This document shows, piece by piece, positions 43,422 to 52,960 of a stretch of 64,000 nt of DNA. The position numbers and the translations under genes were made by a program. Under the pieces are notes generated by a model. The model was given only the letters and a program-made list of their open reading frames with translations, did no database searches and had not been told where the DNA came from. Source of the DNA: a virus (taxonomy: Duplodnaviria; Heunggongvirae; Uroviricota; Caudoviricetes); IMG/VR virus record IMGVR_UViG_3300048850_000049, positions 55,864-119,863 of that record; one strand, 5' to 3'. Numbering within the stretch: position 1 is the first letter of the stretch; each line of letters begins with the position of its first letter.

Positions 43422-43993
43422 GCAAGTTTCCAAAGGACAAGTGGATTATGATGGCGGTGCGAAACCGCTATCTAATTCCCCATGAGGACGGCACCATTCA
43501 GCGCGCCAACAAGGCCGACGCAAAAGGTGTTGTAGATCCTGCCAGGGGTTATTCGCAGGTCGCCGTTCAGATTCACAAGAAGTCGGGTCGCGTTTACTTC
43601 AATATGACCTATCTGGGCTTCACGAAGTCCGTCCTGGTCAACAGGGTAATAGCGCTCGCCTTCCGCCCGAACCCGCTCGATCTGCCGCAGGTGAATCACG
43701 TCGACGGCGACAAAGAGCACAACTATCTCCGGCAGCCAACCAAGGAGCTGCGCGCCAAGTGGGGCGAGTATCAACTCGAATGGTCCAGCGGCTCAGATAA
43801 CGAGAAGCACGCCCATCGAACCGGTCTTAAGTCCGGCCGTGGCAGCGCCAATTCGAATGCAAAGCTGACGGCGCCGGAAGTAATCGAAATTCGTGCCAGC
43901 CAGTTATCCGTTCCTGAACTCATGGCAAAGCACGGCGTCAGCCGTTCAACCATCACCAACATTTTAAATGAGACCACCTGGAGTCACATCTGA
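43418..43993 (+). CDS. HNH homing endonuclease
   Basis: VNHVDGDKEHN HNH motif plus a C-terminal NUMOD-like HTH (AKHGVSRSTITNIL). Confidence 0.75.
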   Translation: MSKFPKDKWIMMAVRNRYLIPHEDGTIQRANKADAKGVVDPARGYSQVAVQIHKKSGRVYFNMTYLGFTKSVLVNRVIALAFRPNPLDLPQVNHVDGDKEHNYLRQPTKELRAKWGEYQLEWSSGSDNEKHAHRTGLKSGRGSANSNAKLTAPEVIEIRASQLSVPELMAKHGVSRSTITNILNETTWSHI

Positions 43994-44280
43994 TGGCATT
44001 CGCGGCTCGTAACGAGGATGGCTGGCGCCTCTGCTATCGCATGGGAAGAACCATCAAGCACGTTTGCTCTGCAGAGGCTCCAGGAGTCGATATCAGGTTC
44101 TCGTCGCAGACTGTGACGAAGAAGTGCGCCGACGCGCTCAATGACCGGTTCTGGGCCGAATACGAGCGACATGAACGCTTGGCACACGGGCAGGAAAACC
44201 CCTGCTACGCCGGAATGCTCGAAATCATCTTCGAACACGGCGGATTATCATCCGCAGACTACGAAAGGGTAAAACCATGA
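43993..44280 (+). CDS. Hypothetical protein
   Basis: ATGA coupling. Confidence 0.4.
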   Translation: MAFAARNEDGWRLCYRMGRTIKHVCSAEAPGVDIRFSSQTVTKKCADALNDRFWAEYERHERLAHGQENPCYAGMLEIIFEHGGLSSADYERVKP

Positions 44281-44840
44281 GCCTTCCGATTATCGCAGGT
44301 CTCGATTGGGAAACGACGGGCAAGTTCGAGCCGGACCATCGCATTATCGAAGCCTATATCGGGCTATATCGCGGTGGAAAGCGGATCTGGTCTTATGAGC
44401 AGCGCATCGACCCGCAGCGTTCAATCTCCGCGGATGCTCAGCGCGTTCACAAGATTTCGTCATCCGATCTGATTGGAATGCCCATCTGGTCAGCCGTGGC
44501 TCCCACGATCAATTCGATCCTTGCCCGCTGTGATTTCGTGGTCGCTCACAACGGCAATGAGTTCGATAGGCCGTTTGCCGAACAGGAGATGACTCGGATC
44601 GGTCTCACCCTGACCGAGAAGCCGTGGGTCGATACGATGCAGGATGGTCTTTGGGCCACCTCTGACGGCAAGAAGCCTCGCCTGGGCGAACTCGCCTTTG
44701 CTTGCGGCGTCGAATACGACCCCTCGATGGCTCATGCCGCGGCCTATGACGTTGACCGCATGATGGAGTGCTACTTCAAGGGCCTGGAATGGGGCTTCTA
44801 TACGCAGCCGAAGCTGGAAGGCTTCGCACTCGCTGCGTAA
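44277..44840 (+). CDS. DnaQ-like 3'-5' exonuclease (DEDDh)
   Basis: Exo I GLDWETTG, Exo II VVAHNGNEFDRPF, Exo III HAAAYDV. Confidence 0.75.
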   Translation: MSLPIIAGLDWETTGKFEPDHRIIEAYIGLYRGGKRIWSYEQRIDPQRSISADAQRVHKISSSDLIGMPIWSAVAPTINSILARCDFVVAHNGNEFDRPFAEQEMTRIGLTLTEKPWVDTMQDGLWATSDGKKPRLGELAFACGVEYDPSMAHAAAYDVDRMMECYFKGLEWGFYTQPKLEGFALAA

Positions 44841-44845
44841 CTCTC

Positions 44846-44880
44846 CTGCCGCATCCCAAAGCTGTCTGCGATACAACTAA
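44846..44880 (+). promoter_or_regulatory. Promoter variant (CTGCCGCATCCCAA .. GCGATACAAC)
   Basis: Upstream of gene 44922. Confidence 0.4.
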
Positions 44881-44921
44881 AACATAGAAAACGCAGTCAC
44901 TTAGGAACAGGAGCTAACGAA

Positions 44922-45686
44922 ATGACCAACGCAGCAACGGACGTGAATACATTGGCAGCCGCAGAAATCGACGCGCTCGACGCCGTTCTTGCCGACTTCG
45001 ATCTCGAAGGCGGTGAAGAAGTCATCGGCGAGGAAATTCTCGAGGCTGATGCCGGTGAAGCCGAAGTGATTGAGGAGGCGACCGTTCTTGGGGACGATGC
45101 CCTCGCCGATCTCGACCTCGCTCTCAACCGCAGCGAGATCTACGAGGAACAGACCTCTGACGCCATCGCAAGCGTTGAGCCGGTCGATCCGACGGCTGCC
45201 AAGGCGCCGAAGAAGCCTCGCGTCGCAAAGGCAGCCGGTGCTGCCGCATCGACCCGCACGCCTCGCGACATGAACTCCGTCGCATCCGAGTTCTTCGTTC
45301 TGCGCGGCGACGTGTCGACTATGAGCGACGAAGATAAGGACGCGGCCAAGGCGGCAACCATCGCCACGAAGCCTGCCCAGGTGAAGATCGCCGAGAAGTT
45401 CGAGAACCTCTTCACTGCGCTCTCCGTCAACAAGGCACCGTCCACCTACGTGATGATCGCCTTCGCGCTGCTTGAGGCGAAGAAGTCCGTCACTTCCGGC
45501 GATATCGTCGGCGCCTACAAGGCATCTGGCCTCGGCGAAGGCACTGCTCGCTCGCAGTCCGGTCAGATCATGCACCTCTTTGCGACTGTCGGGATCGCCA
45601 CGCGCTCCAGCCAGACGCTCACCTTGAACGCTGACAGCCTCGTTGCTGAGCGTTTGCGTAGCCTGCCGGTCGTCGCCGCAAGCTGA
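44922..45686 (+). CDS. Hypothetical protein with an acidic N-terminal region
   Basis: Promoter variant upstream; D/E-rich N-terminus. Confidence 0.45.
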   Translation: MTNAATDVNTLAAAEIDALDAVLADFDLEGGEEVIGEEILEADAGEAEVIEEATVLGDDALADLDLALNRSEIYEEQTSDAIASVEPVDPTAAKAPKKPRVAKAAGAAASTRTPRDMNSVASEFFVLRGDVSTMSDEDKDAAKAATIATKPAQVKIAEKFENLFTALSVNKAPSTYVMIAFALLEAKKSVTSGDIVGAYKASGLGEGTARSQSGQIMHLFATVGIATRSSQTLTLNADSLVAERLRSLPVVAAS

Positions 45687-45743
45687 TAGGCCGCTACGCA
45701 AAGCGGGCGGTGAATCCCACCAGGTTCATCGCCCGCTCACTAC

Positions 45744-45795
45744 CTACCGCACTCCAAATTCAATCGCGCTATAAACTAAGTAAGAAATTACTTAG
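45744..45795 (+). promoter_or_regulatory. Promoter (CTACCGCACTCCAA .. CGCGCTATAAAC) plus palindrome CTAAGTAAGAAATTACTTAG
   Basis: Ends 1 nt before ATG 45797. Confidence 0.55.
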
Positions 45796-45796
45796 C

Positions 45797-46045
45797 ATGA
45801 GGATGCAGATCGTGAGCACTCGTAAATTCCTTCAGCGTTTAGCCCTTGGTGTGAGCCTCTATCTCTGTGGATACGCGCTGACCTTCGGCTACGTCTGGAA
45901 CGAAAAATACGTTCTCGCCAAGCAAGATTGGCCGAGCCTCGGTGAAAATGTCTGGCAGTCGAGCGCGAATATGCCTGCTCATTTTACCGGCTGCATCTGG
46001 CCGCTCTATTGGCTGGTTCGTGCTGGAATCGAGGTGACGAAGTGA
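45797..46045 (+). CDS. Small membrane protein
   Basis: Promoter plus palindrome immediately upstream; two hydrophobic helices. Confidence 0.4.
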   Translation: MRMQIVSTRKFLQRLALGVSLYLCGYALTFGYVWNEKYVLAKQDWPSLGENVWQSSANMPAHFTGCIWPLYWLVRAGIEVTK

Positions 46046-46305
46046 CCTTAAGCTCTCTCGCGCTCACCGCTTCACTGCTGGTCAACACGTTCTATCCGAT
46101 CTGCGTCAGCCTTGCTGATGAGGTCGTAACGACCGTTCAGGAGGAGCTGGATGCCAAATCCTCCGAGCAGGCTGTCGCCATCGAGGAAGTTTACAGCGTC
46201 GAGCCTTCATCGCCCTGGATCTGCACCGCGACCGGGTTCGGGTCCAAGCCTCGCTGCTACGCAAGGCCATTGATGCTGGAAGAGGATGCTACCAATGTGG
46301 ATTAA
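46042..46305 (+). CDS. Hypothetical protein (GTG start overlapping the upstream stop)
   Basis: GTGA start/stop overlap. Confidence 0.3.
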   Translation: MTLSSLALTASLLVNTFYPICVSLADEVVTTVQEELDAKSSEQAVAIEEVYSVEPSSPWICTATGFGSKPRCYARPLMLEEDATNVD

Positions 46306-46768
46306 TCTCCCCAAGGAAGATCTCGACCTGCTCTGGTCGCTCCTGACGACGAGCGCTGATGCGGAACGCAAAGATGCCGCGCTCTTCTGGCGCCGCGAGG
46401 ACGGTGAATTGTCGAAGCGCCTGAATTTGCGCGCGGACAAATACGTCAACATCGCCAACACGATTCAAAAGGCGCAAGCCGTCGATCCCTCTGATGCAGC
46501 CTATCGTGCAGCGGCTCAGGCTCAAGCAGACGATGAGCTTGAGGTGGACGAGGACGCGATCGTGTCCGTTGGATCTGATCCGGGTGCCTTCGTTCAAGCC
46601 TGGATTTGGATCTCCAACGAAGAAGCCGGAATTAAGGACGACGACGAAGATACTTGCCGCACCTGCGGCGAGGAATACCCGGAGGGCGGTGACGGGTTCG
46701 ATGGCGAATGCCCGAACTGCGCCGACAAGACCGACCAGAAGCTTCACCCTGAGAATTACGAGGACTGA
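46286..46768 (+). CDS. Hypothetical acidic protein with a C-terminal CxxC..CxxC ribbon
   Basis: CRTCGEE...CPNCAD. Confidence 0.4.
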   Translation: MLPMWINLPKEDLDLLWSLLTTSADAERKDAALFWRREDGELSKRLNLRADKYVNIANTIQKAQAVDPSDAAYRAAAQAQADDELEVDEDAIVSVGSDPGAFVQAWIWISNEEAGIKDDDEDTCRTCGEEYPEGGDGFDGECPNCADKTDQKLHPENYED

Positions 46769-47119
46769 ATGACCGACATTTTCGTGTTTGGTTCGAACCT
46801 TGCCGGCCGTCATGGCGCAGGTGCCGCTCGTTATGCGCTTGAGAAGAAAGGCGCCGTCCTCTTCCAGGGCGAAGGCTTGCAGGGCGAATCCTATGGCATT
46901 GCAACCAAGGATGACTGGTTGCGCACCCGTGGCCTCGTCGAAATCGAGCGCTCCGTGATCGAGTTCATCCGCTTTGCCGAGCTTCATCCCGAGCTGACCT
47001 TCGACGTGACGCCGATCGGCTGCGGTCTCGCCGGCTACAAGCGTGAACAAATCCGCCCGATGTTCGCCGATATGCCGGCAAACTGCCGCTTCAACGCAAC
47101 TTGGGAGGATCCAGACTGA
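46769..47119 (+). CDS. Hypothetical protein with a Rossmann-like FGSNLAGRHGAGAA motif (macro/SLOG-like?)
   Basis: ATGA coupling; motif resemblance only. Confidence 0.35.
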   Translation: MTDIFVFGSNLAGRHGAGAARYALEKKGAVLFQGEGLQGESYGIATKDDWLRTRGLVEIERSVIEFIRFAELHPELTFDVTPIGCGLAGYKREQIRPMFADMPANCRFNATWEDPD

Positions 47120-47535
47120 TGTCGCGCCGTTTCCCAAAGCTTCGGGTCAATAAGAAGGGCATGGCTGTTCTATCTGGGATTCATATCCGAGACCTACAGT
47201 CGATCTTCACCTCTGCCTCGATCCATCATTATGAGACGGAGCGCACTATCAAGGCCAAGGCCGAAAAGGTGGAGCGCGACGCCCAGGAGGACAATCTCGG
47301 CCTCGCCGATGTTATCCGCGAGAACTATAAGAGCGACCAGACCTGGGCAAGGCGAATGCGCCTGCTGATCAATGCATTGGAAACGCCAGGCTACAACCAT
47401 GGCTACGACAACATTCCTGTCATTCAGCTAGATGGCCTCGGCCGTTTCTGTCGGCTCCGCGCCGTCAAGGAAGAGCGCAAGGGTCGCTTGGTCATCGAGG
47501 ATATCATGAAGAGTTTCGGCAAGGGGCGCTCTTAA
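47101..47535 (+). CDS. Hypothetical protein
   Basis: Coupled ORF. Confidence 0.4.
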   Translation: MGGSRLMSRRFPKLRVNKKGMAVLSGIHIRDLQSIFTSASIHHYETERTIKAKAEKVERDAQEDNLGLADVIRENYKSDQTWARRMRLLINALETPGYNHGYDNIPVIQLDGLGRFCRLRAVKEERKGRLVIEDIMKSFGKGRS

Positions 47536-47536
47536 C

Positions 47537-47570
47537 CTACCGCGCTCCAACAGCATTCACGCTATAACTT
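47537..47570 (+). promoter_or_regulatory. Promoter (CTACCGCGCTCCAAC .. CGCTATAAC), no palindrome
   Basis: Upstream of the 663-aa gene. Confidence 0.5.
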
Positions 47571-47647
47571 AATCACTAACGAAATCAAAGACTTGTCGCA
47601 TTGCGCGGCGTGTCTTTGCTCGTCCAAATCACGGAGTAAAGACCCGA

Positions 47648-49639
47648 ATGAGTGCCGATTTTCCAAAGTTTGCGAAGGCGATTGAAGCCCACTTCAACGA
47701 GATGGCAAAGGGCGATCTTTATATCGTCGATGCCGTTGATCTGTTCGACCGATATCTGGCTGCCTTTCCTGAAGGCACCAACCCGATTTACCGCGTTCGC
47801 ACCGAGCATGACGGCTCCTATGACAAGCAGTTCATCCGGAACGTCGGTCATGTCGTCAAGATCAAGGGCTCGAAGATCGAAACCCTCTGGGACGTGAAGG
47901 GCTTGCCGCATCCATATGATGTCGTCGCCGCTGCGCTTGCCAATTATATTCGCTCCTTGCCGATCCGGTCGATCTTCAAGACCAAGGAAGGCAAGTTCTC
48001 GATGGAATCCAACATCGAGTTGAAGGACGGCGTTACGACGAAGTTCAACCACTTCTTCTGCGTTGTGCCGAACTCGCACCGCTCCGCTACGCCGGAAGCT
48101 GACAAGGGCACGAAGACCACGAACATCGGCGTCTTCCGTCGCGGCCTCGAGGAGCTGACCGCAGACGCTCTCGAAACGGTTCTCGACCTGATCAAGAGCA
48201 ACGGGCTCTATCGCGGCGACGAACACAAGCGCGCTGTTACCGAATTCCTCGCTCTGCACCGTGCCTACCCGCGCGGTGGCTCCCAGGCTGAGAAGGACGT
48301 ATTTCTCTGGTCGAATATCTTCATGCCGGCCGCACTCTTCCGCAACACCGTCATTGGCACGCTGATTGTGGATATTTCCGCCGGCATCGATCTTGAGGCC
48401 GCTGTCCGCAAGTTCGAAAGCAAGGTCGCTCCCGAAAACTACAAGCGCCCCACGGCTCTGATTACGCCCAAGATGATCGATGACGGTCTCGCCAAGCTGC
48501 GTGAACTCGGTCTTGAGTCCGCTGTCGAGCGCCGCTTCGCCAAGATCTCCGACGTGTCCGTCAACAACGTCCTGTTCGTTGACAACTCGGTCAAGGGCCA
48601 GATGAAGGGTGGTCTGGAAGGTCTGCTCAACGAGGCTGTGAAGCCTGCCACGGTCGACATCAAGCACGCCGAAGAGATCACGATGGATGACTTCCTGGCG
48701 CGCATCGTGCCGCAGGCGTCCTCGATCGACCTTCTCCTGCAGAACACGCACCTCGCAAACTTCATGAGCCTGACTGCACCGGTCGATCCGGCAGCCGGAC
48801 AGTTGTTCAAGTGGGCAAATGGCTTCGCCTGGTCCTATGACGGCGACGTAACCGACAGTCTGAAGGAGCGTGTCAAGGCTGCAGGCGGCAACGTCAAGGC
48901 TGACTTCCGTATCTCACTTGGTTGGTTCAACTTCGACGACCTCGATATTCACGTCCGCTGGCCGGGTGGCCCCGAAATCTACTACGCCAACAAGCAGGGT
49001 CATCAGGACGTTGATATGAACGTTTCGCCTGACAGCCGCAAGGCAGTCGAGAACGTGGTCTTCAATGGCCGCGACGTGAAGGATGGCGAATACATCGTCA
49101 TGGTTCACAACTTCACGAAGCGCGAGTCCACCGATGTCGGGTTCGAGCTTGAAGTTGAGAGCCGCGGCGTAATTCATCGCTTCACCCACAGCAAGGCTGT
49201 TCCCTCTCGCGCTGTGGTCGTCGCTCTGTCGATCACGGTCAAGGGCGGCGTTGTCACCGGCGTCAAGACTGGCCTTAACGTCACGGGTGGCTCGTTCGCC
49301 CAGGAAAAGTGGGGCGTCAGCACTGAAACGCTCGTTCCTGTCGACACGCTCATGGCGTCTCCGAACCACTGGGACGGTCAGGGCGTCGGCAACAAGCATT
49401 GGTTCTTCCTCTTGAAGAACTGCCTCAATCCGGGCTCTGCACGCGGCATCTACAACGAGTTCCTCAAGTCCGAACTCGATCCGCACCGCAAGGTGTTCGA
49501 GGTGCTTGGCGCCAAGTCCAAGGCGCCGTTCGTCACTGAACAGCTGTCCGGTGTCGGCTTCTCATCCACTCGCGACGACCAGGTGAAGGTCGTCGTTAAG
49601 GGCAATCGCATCAACAAGGCATTCAACATCAGCTTCTAA
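47648..49639 (+). CDS. Large conserved hypothetical protein (663 aa)
   Basis: Promoter motif upstream; long, clean ORF. Confidence 0.5.
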   Translation: MSADFPKFAKAIEAHFNEMAKGDLYIVDAVDLFDRYLAAFPEGTNPIYRVRTEHDGSYDKQFIRNVGHVVKIKGSKIETLWDVKGLPHPYDVVAAALANYIRSLPIRSIFKTKEGKFSMESNIELKDGVTTKFNHFFCVVPNSHRSATPEADKGTKTTNIGVFRRGLEELTADALETVLDLIKSNGLYRGDEHKRAVTEFLALHRAYPRGGSQAEKDVFLWSNIFMPAALFRNTVIGTLIVDISAGIDLEAAVRKFESKVAPENYKRPTALITPKMIDDGLAKLRELGLESAVERRFAKISDVSVNNVLFVDNSVKGQMKGGLEGLLNEAVKPATVDIKHAEEITMDDFLARIVPQASSIDLLLQNTHLANFMSLTAPVDPAAGQLFKWANGFAWSYDGDVTDSLKERVKAAGGNVKADFRISLGWFNFDDLDIHVRWPGGPEIYYANKQGHQDVDMNVSPDSRKAVENVVFNGRDVKDGEYIVMVHNFTKRESTDVGFELEVESRGVIHRFTHSKAVPSRAVVVALSITVKGGVVTGVKTGLNVTGGSFAQEKWGVSTETLVPVDTLMASPNHWDGQGVGNKHWFFLLKNCLNPGSARGIYNEFLKSELDPHRKVFEVLGAKSKAPFVTEQLSGVGFSSTRDDQVKVVVKGNRINKAFNISF

Positions 49640-49649
49640 GGAGAGCAAC

Positions 49650-50072
49650 ATGAACCTTTTCGAAATCGCTTCGCGCAAGAAGCTCCGTTTTCCCTCCGTT
49701 AAGGGCGATCTAACTGCAGAACAGCTGTGGGATCTTCCCCTGACCATCACGTCCGCAACCCGCGACGTGAAGGCCGACCTCGACACCATCGCCCGCTCCG
49801 TCAATGCGGAACTCAAGTCGGTGACGGAAGAGACCTTTGTCGCTGTGAAGCCCGATCCGCGCAAGCCGGACCTGGAAACGAAGCTTGAGATCCTCAAGCA
49901 CATCATCGCCTTTAAGGTGAAGGTCTCAGAGGATGCCAAGGCAAGCGCCGAACGCGCTGAAAAGCGCCGGAAGCTGGTCGAGGCTCTTGCTTCGAAGGAA
50001 GACCAGGCGCTCGCCACGATGTCGAAGGAGGACATCCTCAAGCAGCTGGCCGAACTTGAGGCCAACGGCTGA
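49650..50072 (+). CDS. Hypothetical protein
   Basis: RBS AAGGAGAG. Confidence 0.45.
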   Translation: MNLFEIASRKKLRFPSVKGDLTAEQLWDLPLTITSATRDVKADLDTIARSVNAELKSVTEETFVAVKPDPRKPDLETKLEILKHIIAFKVKVSEDAKASAERAEKRRKLVEALASKEDQALATMSKEDILKQLAELEANG

Positions 50073-50115
50073 TCCCACTTGCGGCTCACACTCGATGGGC
50101 CGCAACTCCCCTCTC

Positions 50116-50150
50116 GGAAGCGTTCATCACCTGATGCGCTTCCGTTTTCA
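50116..50150 (+). terminator. Intrinsic terminator (GGAAGCG..CGCTTCC plus GTTTTCATTTG) that overlaps the next promoter
   Basis: After gene 49650..50072. Confidence 0.45.
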
Positions 50151-50185
50151 TTTGCGCTATAAGATCAGTAAGAACTTACTTACTC
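50133..50185 (+). promoter_or_regulatory. Promoter (GATGCGCTTCCG .. TTTGCGCTATAAG) plus palindrome CAGTAAGAACTTACTTACTC
   Basis: Upstream of gene 50200 and the nadM-nadV genes. Confidence 0.55.
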
Positions 50186-50199
50186 AGCAAGGGAAAGCA

Positions 50200-50412
50200 A
50201 TGAGCGATACCATTCAGATCACCGGCACCATCAAGAATGCGCGGTTCTTCGATATCGGCAGCAAGCAGATCGTCTGCGGCCAGATCTACGGCGATGCCGG
50301 CAACCGCTTCGAAGATGGCACGCAGATCAACACGTCCGAGGTCATCAGCGTTGATGGCGATCTCGTGACGACCCGCAATTCGGTCTATCGGATCGAACGG
50401 AGGGCCGCTTAA
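50200..50412 (+). CDS. Hypothetical small protein
   Basis: Promoter plus palindrome upstream. Confidence 0.4.
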   Translation: MSDTIQITGTIKNARFFDIGSKQIVCGQIYGDAGNRFEDGTQINTSEVISVDGDLVTTRNSVYRIERRAA

Positions 50413-51453
50413 ATGCGGGACTACCATTACGGCGTGTATATCGGCCGGTTTCAGCCGCTGCATGTCGGGCATGAGACTATCATCCGCGAGGCGCTTGAGC
50501 GGGTCGAGACCCTGATCATCGTCGTAGGTTCGAGCTTCGTGTCGCGCACGCCGGTCAACCCGTTCTCCTTTACCGAGCGCGAGCAAATGCTGCGCATGGT
50601 CTTCGGGCACGAGATTGCGTCAGGCCGGATCATCATTCTCCCGCTCTACGACTATGAGCATGACCATGCTTGGATCTCGAACCTTAAGTCCGTGGTCAAT
50701 GAGGCTATTCTCGATCATGCCAATCAAGGCGGTGTTCGTTTGCATGGCACTCGCGACTTCAAGGTTGCGCTGACCGGATACGGTAAGGACGCCTCGTCCT
50801 ACTATCTCAAGATGTTCCCCAACTGGGACAGCATCCAGATCGAGACGCAGCACGGCACGATCAATGCGTCCGATATCCGCTACGACTACCTGCGCCGGCT
50901 CCCGCGTTACCCGAGCCACGCTGTCAATCCGCGTGTGAACTTGTGGCTGGAAGGCTTTTCGCTCAGCGAGGAGTTCAAGCACCTGGTCGCGGAAAAGCAG
51001 CAGCTGCAGGACGATAAGGTGGCGTTCGGCGCGGGTCCGTTCCTGACGGCTGACGCTCTTGTGACCTGGCGCGGCAAGGTTCTCCTCGTCACGCGGGGCG
51101 GCAAGATTGGCTACGGCCTGTTCGCCATGCCGGGCGGCTTCGTCAATCCGGGTGAGCGCATGTTCGACGCCGCGCTGCGCGAGCTCCAGGAGGAGACCAA
51201 GATCGAGGGCGTGAACATCGATGACTTCTACGCCGGTCACATGCTCGCGGACAATCCGAAGCGCTCCCTGCGCGGGCGCGTCGTTTCGATGGTCTTCCAC
51301 TTTGATATCCCGAGCGATGTCGAGGTCCAGAAGCCCGAAGGCTCCGACGATGCCAGGCACGCCGATTGGTATTCATTCGAGGAGCTGAACACCTCTCAGT
51401 TCTTCGACGACCATCACACTCTCATCTCCAACATGTTGAAGGACGCCGCATAA
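50413..51453 (+). CDS. nadM: Bifunctional NMN adenylyltransferase (NadM-type) / Nudix hydrolase
   Basis: GRFQPLHVGH nucleotidyltransferase motif; C-terminal Nudix box GGFVNPGERMFDAALRELQEETKIEG. Confidence 0.8.
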   Translation: MRDYHYGVYIGRFQPLHVGHETIIREALERVETLIIVVGSSFVSRTPVNPFSFTEREQMLRMVFGHEIASGRIIILPLYDYEHDHAWISNLKSVVNEAILDHANQGGVRLHGTRDFKVALTGYGKDASSYYLKMFPNWDSIQIETQHGTINASDIRYDYLRRLPRYPSHAVNPRVNLWLEGFSLSEEFKHLVAEKQQLQDDKVAFGAGPFLTADALVTWRGKVLLVTRGGKIGYGLFAMPGGFVNPGERMFDAALRELQEETKIEGVNIDDFYAGHMLADNPKRSLRGRVVSMVFHFDIPSDVEVQKPEGSDDARHADWYSFEELNTSQFFDDHHTLISNMLKDAA

Positions 51454-52892
51454 TGGCAAGCAACATCATCCTTGCGACCGACAGTTACAAGCACAGCCAC
51501 TTCCTGCAGTATCCCGCCGGCGCAAAGCACGTTTCGAGCTACATCGAGGCGCGCATCGGTGCGGACCATAAGCAGGTGACGCAGTTCTTCGGGATCGACG
51601 CTTATATTCTCGAGAACCTCATGAGTCCGCTCTGCAGCGACGACATCGCCGAGGCGAAGGAGCTTCTTGAGGCGCACGGTCTGCCGTTCAACGAGGTTGA
51701 TTGGAACTATATCCGCGATCATCACGAAGGCTATCTGCCGATCGAGATCCAGGCGCTACCTGAAGGTCTGGTCGTGCCGCGCGGTATTCCCCTCATCCAG
51801 GTGCGCAACACTGATCCGAAGCTTCCCTGGCTGACCAGCTTCATCGAGACGGGATTGCTTCGCGCCGTTTGGTATCCGTCCTCCGTGGCAACTCTGTCGT
51901 TCCTGACCAAGGCGATTATCTGGGAAGCCCTGCAGCGCACGTCCGACGATCCGGACGGTCAGATCGGCTTCAAGCTGCATGACTTCGGTGCGCGCGGTTG
52001 TTCGTCGGCCGAAACTGCCGCTCTCGGCGGTATGGCGCATCTGCTGAACTTCAAGGGCTCGGATACGCTTGAAGCCATTCATGCAGTCCAGCGCTACTAC
52101 TGCACTTCGGACATGCCCGGGTTTTCCATTCCGGCGTCTGAACATTCGACCATGACCAGCTGGGGCAAGGATCGCGAGAGCGAAGCCTACGCGAACATGA
52201 TGGACACGTTCGGCAGCGGCATGTTCTCGATCGTGTCCGACAGCTACGACATCTTCAACGCCGTCGAGAACATCTTCGGCAATGAGTTGAAGGATAAGAT
52301 CCTGAACCTCGAAGGCAAGCTGATCGTGCGGCCGGACAGCGGAAATCCCGTTCTGACGCCGATCGCCGTTCTTGAAAAGCTTTGGGCGAGCTTCGGTGGG
52401 TCGGTCAACTCGAAGGGCTATAAGGTTCTGAACCCGAAGATCGGTCTGATCCAGGGCGACGGCATGAACGCTCACTCGATTGCCGCACTTGTGGCCGGCG
52501 TCGCCGCTGCAGGATTCTCGGTAGACAACATCGCTTTCGGTATGGGCGGTGGACTGCTCCAGGGCCACATGCGCGATGATATGCGTTTTGCCATGAAGGC
52601 CAACGCCATCGACTTCGGTGAAGGCTGGGTTGACGTGCAGAAGAAGCCTGCGTCGGATCCCACGAAGACCTCGAAGGCCGGTCGTCAGGCTGTTTACCGT
52701 GTTGGCACCGAGTATTTCGATTGCCGCGAGGACCAGCTGCCGCAGGGCGAGGTCAATCTCCTTGAGACTGTCTACCGCGATGGCGAGTGCTTCTTGAGCG
52801 AAGAGTGGTCCGACCTGACCAAGCGCGCCCACGAAGAGCTTCTGACGTTCCACGGCGAGGCGTTCTATGAGCGGAAGGAGGCGGCTGAATAA
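51453..52892 (+). CDS. nadV: Nicotinamide phosphoribosyltransferase (NAMPT/NadV)
   Basis: ILATDSYKHSHF N-terminus, GFKLHDFGARG, overall NAMPT-like. Confidence 0.8.
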   Translation: MASNIILATDSYKHSHFLQYPAGAKHVSSYIEARIGADHKQVTQFFGIDAYILENLMSPLCSDDIAEAKELLEAHGLPFNEVDWNYIRDHHEGYLPIEIQALPEGLVVPRGIPLIQVRNTDPKLPWLTSFIETGLLRAVWYPSSVATLSFLTKAIIWEALQRTSDDPDGQIGFKLHDFGARGCSSAETAALGGMAHLLNFKGSDTLEAIHAVQRYYCTSDMPGFSIPASEHSTMTSWGKDRESEAYANMMDTFGSGMFSIVSDSYDIFNAVENIFGNELKDKILNLEGKLIVRPDSGNPVLTPIAVLEKLWASFGGSVNSKGYKVLNPKIGLIQGDGMNAHSIAALVAGVAAAGFSVDNIAFGMGGGLLQGHMRDDMRFAMKANAIDFGEGWVDVQKKPASDPTKTSKAGRQAVYRVGTEYFDCREDQLPQGEVNLLETVYRDGECFLSEEWSDLTKRAHEELLTFHGEAFYERKEAAE

Positions 52893-52908
52893 GCCGCTCA
52901 CTCCCTTC

Positions 52909-52950
52909 AGCACTCCGTCACGATCAACGCTATAAGTAATTCATTACTTA
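52909..52950 (+). promoter_or_regulatory. Promoter (AGCACTCCGTCAC .. CGCTATAAG) plus palindrome AGTAATTCATTACTTA
   Basis: Upstream of the small-TM/SPFH module. Confidence 0.5.
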
Positions 52951-52960
52951 ACTCTCTCAG

